From: a virus
Taxonomy: Duplodnaviria > Heunggongvirae > Uroviricota > Caudoviricetes
Virus record (IMG/VR): IMGVR_UViG_2690316115_000011
Coordinates: 1 to 10,655 of that record
Reading direction: 5' to 3' (one strand)
DNA length: 10,655 nucleotides
Shown: positions 6,724 through 10,655 of the stretch, piece by piece
How positions within the stretch are numbered: position 1 is the stretch's first letter
Layout: the number at the start of each line of letters is the position of its first letter
Position numbers and translations under genes: made by a program
The notes under the pieces: generated by a model
Told to the model about the DNA's origin: nothing
What the model saw: the letters and a program-made list of their open reading frames with translations, nothing else
Database searches by the model: none

Positions 6724-7800
6724 ATGCGTAATTACGCAACAATTTCACCTCAGTTCTGGTTAGGCGATACAGGGCGAAAACTAAGGAAGTCTGGTCCGGA
6801 ATGTATGGTAGTGGCGTTGTATATGATGACCTCGCCTCATTCCAATATGCTGGGCCTTTATTACCTGCCTGTTTTGTACATTGCTCACGAAACCGGACTT
6901 GCTCCTGAAGGGGCTTCTAAGGGGCTTCAAATGGCTTGCGAGGCTGGTTTTTGCAGCTATGACCATGATTCTGAGGTTGTATGGGTGCATGAAATGGCAG
7001 CATGGCAGGTTGGTGAATCGCTGAAACCTGGCGATAACCGTTGTGCTGGGGTAAGAAATGAATATTCCGCGTTGCTGGAAAATCCTTTTTTATCATCCTT
7101 TTATGATAGATATAAGGATGATTTCCACCTGGATGTCAGACGTGAATCATGTCGGAAAATTGAAGCCCCTTCAGAGCCCCTTTCAAGCCAAGAACAGGAA
7201 CAGGAACAGGAAAGGGATAAAACCCTTCTGGTCCATGGCGAAAAAATCGCCACGGACCCACAGGGGGATTTTTGTCCTGTTCTGACTGAACGTCCAGGAC
7301 CAGCTGGCACGACACCGGAAGCAGATTCCGGGCGTTGTGTGCAGCAGGTGCTGATCGTCGAACCGGAGCAACAACGCCAACCGCAGCAGCCTGAAGCCGA
7401 TTCCGCGATGAGCGGGAAGCCGATTGGGTTAACCCGGGCGATGCCGGGACCGTCTGCGGGACGAGTTGATTATCCTGACGTGTTCGAACGGGTCTGGCGT
7501 GAATATCCGCATCGGGCAGGGTCAAACCCGAAGAAATCCGCGTTCAATGCCTGGAGGGCCAGATTACGCGAAGGGGTGTCACCGGATGTCGTGCTGGATG
7601 GCGTGAGGCGTTACGCAAGATACCTGGAGGCTACCGGGAAAGCGGGAACTGAATTTGTTCAGCAGGCATCGACGTTTTTTGGCCCGAACAGGAATTTCGA
7701 AAATCCGTGGTCGCTGCCGAAGGCTGGCGCAGTCAGCCTGCGTTGCGTGAATCACATTTCTGAACCGGACACCGAAATTCCGCCGGGTTTCAGGGGGTAA
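6724..7800 (+). CDS. Replication initiation protein (O-like, non-lambda; YdaU/replisome-organiser-like by position and motifs), 358 aa
   Basis: ORF track. SD GAGGGG before the ATG. Position after cII and directly upstream of the DnaC-like gene. Low-complexity acidic linker SSQEQEQEQE. Family assignment is from memory. Confidence 0.75.
   Translation: MRNYATISPQFWLGDTGRKLRKSGPECMVVALYMMTSPHSNMLGLYYLPVLYIAHETGLAPEGASKGLQMACEAGFCSYDHDSEVVWVHEMAAWQVGESLKPGDNRCAGVRNEYSALLENPFLSSFYDRYKDDFHLDVRRESCRKIEAPSEPLSSQEQEQEQERDKTLLVHGEKIATDPQGDFCPVLTERPGPAGTTPEADSGRCVQQVLIVEPEQQRQPQQPEADSAMSGKPIGLTRAMPGPSAGRVDYPDVFERVWREYPHRAGSNPKKSAFNAWRARLREGVSPDVVLDGVRRYARYLEATGKAGTEFVQQASTFFGPNRNFENPWSLPKAGAVSLRCVNHISEPDTEIPPGFRG
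7373..7456 (+). repeat. Third, diverged copy of the 60-bp repeat inside the O-like gene, containing a short internal duplication of gaagccgatt
   Basis: acgccaaccgcagcagcctgaagccgatt[ccgcgatgagcgggaagccgatt]gggttaacccgggcgatgccgggaccgtctg; the bracketed 23 nt is absent from the upstream copies. Confidence 0.8.
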
Positions 7801-7806
7801 TCAGCC

Positions 7807-8547
7807 ATGAAAAACATTTCGACTGGAGGGATTCTTGAACGGGTGCGCCGTCTGGCACCACCGCACGTGGCAGCACCGTTCCGGACGACCGACGAATGGC
7901 GGGAATGGCAACTGGCTGAGGGCCGTAAGCGCAGCGAGGAAATTAACCGCCTGAATCATCAGGCGCGGGTTGAAAAAATCCTGAACCGTGCGGGCATCCA
8001 GCCGCTTCACAGGAAGTGCTCATTCGGGAACTACCGGGTGCAGAACGACGGTCAGCGCCATGCTCTGAGCCAGGCGAAATCCATTGTCGATGAATTGATG
8101 ACCGGTTATACAAACTTCGTGTTCAGCGGGAATCCGGGAACCGGAAAAAATCATCTGGCGGCGGCTGTGGGTAATCGTCTGCTGAAGGCCGGTAAATCCG
8201 TGATAGTGGTCACCGTGGCGGATGTGATGAGCGCGTTACATGCCAGCTATGACGACGGACTGTCAGGGGAAAAATTTTTGCGTGAACTGTGCGAAGTGGA
8301 CCTCCTGGTTCTTGACGAAATTGGCATCCAGCGTGAGACGAAAAACGAGCAGGTGGTACTGCACCAGATTGTTGACCGCCGGACGGCATCACTGCGCAGT
8401 GTCGGGATGCTGACAAACCTGAATCATGCCGCAATGAGCACGCTTCTTGGTGAGAGGATTATGGACCGGATGACCATGAACGGTGGTCGTTGGGTGAATT
8501 TTAACTGGGAGAGCTGGCGGTCAAACGTTGGACGTCAGGGTATGTGA
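7807..8547 (+). CDS. DnaC-like replicative helicase loader (AAA+), 246 aa
   Basis: Walker A SGNPGTGKNHLAAAVGNRLL, Walker B DLLVLDEIG, then QIVDRR...GMLTNLN...LGERIMDRM...WVNFNWESWR. Collinear with E. coli DnaC as recalled. Confidence 0.9.
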   Translation: MKNISTGGILERVRRLAPPHVAAPFRTTDEWREWQLAEGRKRSEEINRLNHQARVEKILNRAGIQPLHRKCSFGNYRVQNDGQRHALSQAKSIVDELMTGYTNFVFSGNPGTGKNHLAAAVGNRLLKAGKSVIVVTVADVMSALHASYDDGLSGEKFLRELCEVDLLVLDEIGIQRETKNEQVVLHQIVDRRTASLRSVGMLTNLNHAAMSTLLGERIMDRMTMNGGRWVNFNWESWRSNVGRQGM

Positions 8548-8572
8548 GAATTTTTGACGAGGTAAATTTTCG

Positions 8573-9343
8573 ATGGAAACCGTATTACATGCACTGAAAG
8601 CGATGGGAAAAGCCAATTCTGTTGAACTGGCGGCACGACTTGATATCAGCCGTGAAGAAGTTCTCAACGAACTGTGGGAGCTCAAAAAAAATGGCGTTGT
8701 TGATAAAACGGGTCACACCTGGTTTCTGGCTGTCGAAGGTGAATCCCGGGTAACCGAAGAGCGGCCAGTAAAATCTGAAACACAGGATATGCTGACCGAA
8801 GAGGTCGCTCCAAAAGTTAGCGCTGACATGATGATTGAGTTTATCTCTCAGGAGGGGGCTAAAACCTGTGAGGAACTGGCGGGGAAGTTCGGTGTCAGCA
8901 CTCGTAAGGTTGCTTCCACGTTGGCGGTGGTAACAGCAACGAGACGCCTGGTACGCGAGATCAGCAACGGAAAATTCCGTTACAAAATGCCTGATGTCGA
9001 AAACGGCGATTTGAGCGCCTTATCATCGCAGAATAAGCAATCACACCATGACGCAGAAAACAGCGCGGCAGGCGATGAAATGAATCGTTTTCCGTTGGCA
9101 TCAGAGAGCACGGCAAAGGCCAGTACAGATGAGTTTATCCGAGAAGTTCCATCATTCACCGAAAAATCTGCCAGTTCGGTGATGCTTCCATCGCTGCATG
9201 CTGCCAGTCGAGAACTTCGTCGCGCCAAAAAACAGGTCCAGAAGTGGGAGCGAGTCTGCGCCGCGCTGCGGGAGCTGAACAAGCACCGGGATATTGTTCG
9301 ACAGATTGTCGATTCATCCGGTCGTATTGTGTCGGAAAAGTGA
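8573..9343 (+). CDS. Hypothetical phage protein, 256 aa, with two winged-helix-like segments
   Basis: ORF track; GAGG upstream of the ATG. No family recognised. Confidence 0.6.
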   Translation: METVLHALKAMGKANSVELAARLDISREEVLNELWELKKNGVVDKTGHTWFLAVEGESRVTEERPVKSETQDMLTEEVAPKVSADMMIEFISQEGAKTCEELAGKFGVSTRKVASTLAVVTATRRLVREISNGKFRYKMPDVENGDLSALSSQNKQSHHDAENSAAGDEMNRFPLASESTAKASTDEFIREVPSFTEKSASSVMLPSLHAASRELRRAKKQVQKWERVCAALRELNKHRDIVRQIVDSSGRIVSEK

Positions 9344-9358
9344 TTGCCGGAGGCGCTT

Positions 9359-9754
9359 ATGGCGAAACCTTTTACACACGAACAGCGGGAAGAACTGAAG
9401 GCACGAATTATCGGATTGGTACGCAAAAATGAACGCATGACGATATCGCAACTGGAGAGAGCGACGGGAGCAGGCTGGCATTCAGTCAGACGTTGCCTTG
9501 TGGATGTACTGGCTTGTGGCGATTTATACATGTCCGGTAAATACGGTGTTTTTGCATCAGAACAGGTGTATCGCGTATGGCGTAAGACACCGGAGAAAAC
9601 AACTGACCAGACATTGATTCGAAAGTTACCAGACGGAGAAATTCGCCGCTACGATAGACGCCTGAACATAATCTGTCGCGAGTGCCGGAATAGTGAAGTT
9701 ATGCAGCGCGTGCTGGCTTTCTATCAGGGGAATTTTCAGGAGGCGGTACTGTGA
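9359..9754 (+). CDS. Hypothetical phage protein, ~131 aa (start moved to ATG at 9359)
   Basis: The ORF track start at 9344 is TTG; GGAGG at 9349-9353 precedes the ATG at 9359. No family recognised. Confidence 0.55.
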   Translation: MAKPFTHEQREELKARIIGLVRKNERMTISQLERATGAGWHSVRRCLVDVLACGDLYMSGKYGVFASEQVYRVWRKTPEKTTDQTLIRKLPDGEIRRYDRRLNIICRECRNSEVMQRVLAFYQGNFQEAVL

Positions 9755-9810
9755 GTAAATTAGCTATCAGGCTTCAATTGTCGCTGGCATTCGCATCAAA
9801 GGAGAATGAG

Positions 9811-10395
9811 ATGACCACTTTTACAAAAGAGCAGTTAATCAGTCATGTTAGTGAAAATGTAAAGGCGATGAAATTTGCAGTAAAACAGACAGCATTCAAA
9901 AATTCTCTCGAGGCAATTGAGTTGGATTTAGCACTGGCCCTTGTTGCTCAGGCTTCGCTGGAAGCAGAGCCCGTGCTTTATATGAATCGATTTACCGGAA
10001 AGACATTCTCACTGGAAGAGCAACCCGGTGCTGATAAGGAACCGGAAATATACGTGCCGCTATATGCTGCCCCGCCAGACAGCGCCGCCATGCTTCAGGC
10101 TGGAAACTTTCGGGAAAAGAAGGGTTCGTCAACCAATAATTTTCGGGAAATCTCGGAAACGTCAACCAACCATCCGGTAACTCTGGATGGTTGGATAAGC
10201 TGTAGTGAGCGAATGCCGGATGACGGTCAGCACGTAATTATTTTATGTGATGGCGCATTCGTTCTTTATGCGCAATATCGAGACGGTGAGTTTTTTGATG
10301 TAGTCCGTGATGGTGATGAATTTTTCGAAACACAGAGCCGCAATGTAACCGACTGGATGCCGCTACCAGAACCGCCGCAGGAGGTGCGCCAATGA
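9811..10395 (+). CDS. DUF551-like phage protein, ~194 aa (start moved to ATG at 9811)
   Basis: AAAGGAG at 9798-9804 precedes the ATG at 9811. C-terminus DGWISCSERMPDDGQHVIIL...DWMPLPEPP matches the DUF551 signature as I recall it. Internal imperfect tandem NFREKKGSSTN/NFREISETSTN. Confidence 0.65.
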   Translation: MTTFTKEQLISHVSENVKAMKFAVKQTAFKNSLEAIELDLALALVAQASLEAEPVLYMNRFTGKTFSLEEQPGADKEPEIYVPLYAAPPDSAAMLQAGNFREKKGSSTNNFREISETSTNHPVTLDGWISCSERMPDDGQHVIILCDGAFVLYAQYRDGEFFDVVRDGDEFFETQSRNVTDWMPLPEPPQEVRQ

Positions 10396-10475
10396 ACTGG
10401 CCTGAAGCATTTGCAATTACAGGCGTTGCTATGGCTATCACCTTTTTAGTATATGTTATTTGTCGGTGGGGGTAA
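10392..10475 (+). CDS. Small hydrophobic peptide, 27 aa (MNWPEAFAITGVAMAITFLVYVICRWG), overlapping the upstream stop (ATGA)
   Basis: Found by reading; below the ORF-track size cutoff. One predicted transmembrane helix. No clear SD of its own (possible coupling). Confidence 0.35.
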   Translation: MNWPEAFAITGVAMAITFLVYVICRWG

Positions 10476-10510
10476 AAACGTTCGCCGGGATTAACACCAA
10501 AGGAGGGAAT

Positions 10511-10615
10511 ATGTCGGATGATATATCACTGGCAATGGAAGGTGCGCTGGCTGTTATTGCTGTTGTGGGCGTTTACTGCCTGGTTGTGTTTTTGATGGAT
10601 CGACTAGGGAACTGA
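10511..10615 (+). CDS. Small hydrophobic peptide, 34 aa (MSDDISLAMEGALAVIAVVGVYCLVVFLMDRLGN)
   Basis: Found by reading. SD AAAGGAGGG 4-5 nt before the ATG at 10511. One predicted transmembrane helix. Confidence 0.45.
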   Translation: MSDDISLAMEGALAVIAVVGVYCLVVFLMDRLGN

Positions 10616-10623
10616 ATTCATTA

Positions 10624-10645
10624 CGATATGGGAATTCCCATATCG
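10624..10645. repeat. Perfect 22-bp palindrome cgatatgggaattcccatatcg
   Basis: The two 11-nt halves are exact reverse complements. Differs by one base from the copy at 4795-4816. Confidence 0.9.
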
Positions 10646-10655
10646 GGTAAAAACG

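Noticed and set aside
6781-7525. Minus-strand and alternative-frame ORFs inside the O-like gene (6781-6990, 7058-7285, 7101-7310, 7136-7525, 7183-7380)
   Set aside because: All nested in the 358-aa replication gene; Arg/Ser-rich shadow translations.
7801-8434. Minus-strand ORFs 7801-8010 and 8210-8434
   Set aside because: Antisense to the confidently identified DnaC-like gene.
8980-9531. 183-aa minus-strand ORF
   Set aside because: Antisense to two collinear plus-strand genes; Ser/Cys/Arg-rich, no SD.
10238-10441. 67-aa minus-strand His-rich ORF
   Set aside because: Antisense to the DUF551 gene 3' end and the first small peptide ORF; low-complexity.

Overview
This window reads as the early/immunity region of a mosaic lambdoid prophage of the E. 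coli type, interrupted at its left edge by an IS3-family element. All family assignments are from reading the sequence and from memory; no searches were run. The core is a lambda-type immunity module: cI (5021-5734, minus), OR3-OR2-OR1 with pRM/pR, cro (5835-6035), and OL1-3 with pL (3979-4041). Around it sit non-lambda parts: an Arg-rich N-type antiterminator with matching nutL/nutR boxB hairpins (loop GACAA), a cII-like gene with an oop-like antisense terminator, and a replication module of an O-like initiator plus a DnaC-like helicase loader. Right of that are three phage hypothetical genes (one DUF551-like) and two tiny hydrophobic peptide ORFs. Left of N is a leftward early operon of unrecognised genes, a roughly 440-bp noncoding gap, a Kil-sized small ORF and a very acidic protein whose stop codon coincides with the IS terminus. 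The most interesting locus is the slot between cI and OL/pL, where lambda carries rexA-rexB. Here it holds a single 253-aa gene with an N-terminal KilA-N/APSES-like domain and an unrecognised C-terminal half, followed by a terminator. That makes it a candidate lysogen-expressed exclusion or abortive-infection gene. Other items worth checking are a 22-bp palindrome present both inside that gene and at the right window edge, and 60-bp direct repeats flanking and inside the O-like gene.
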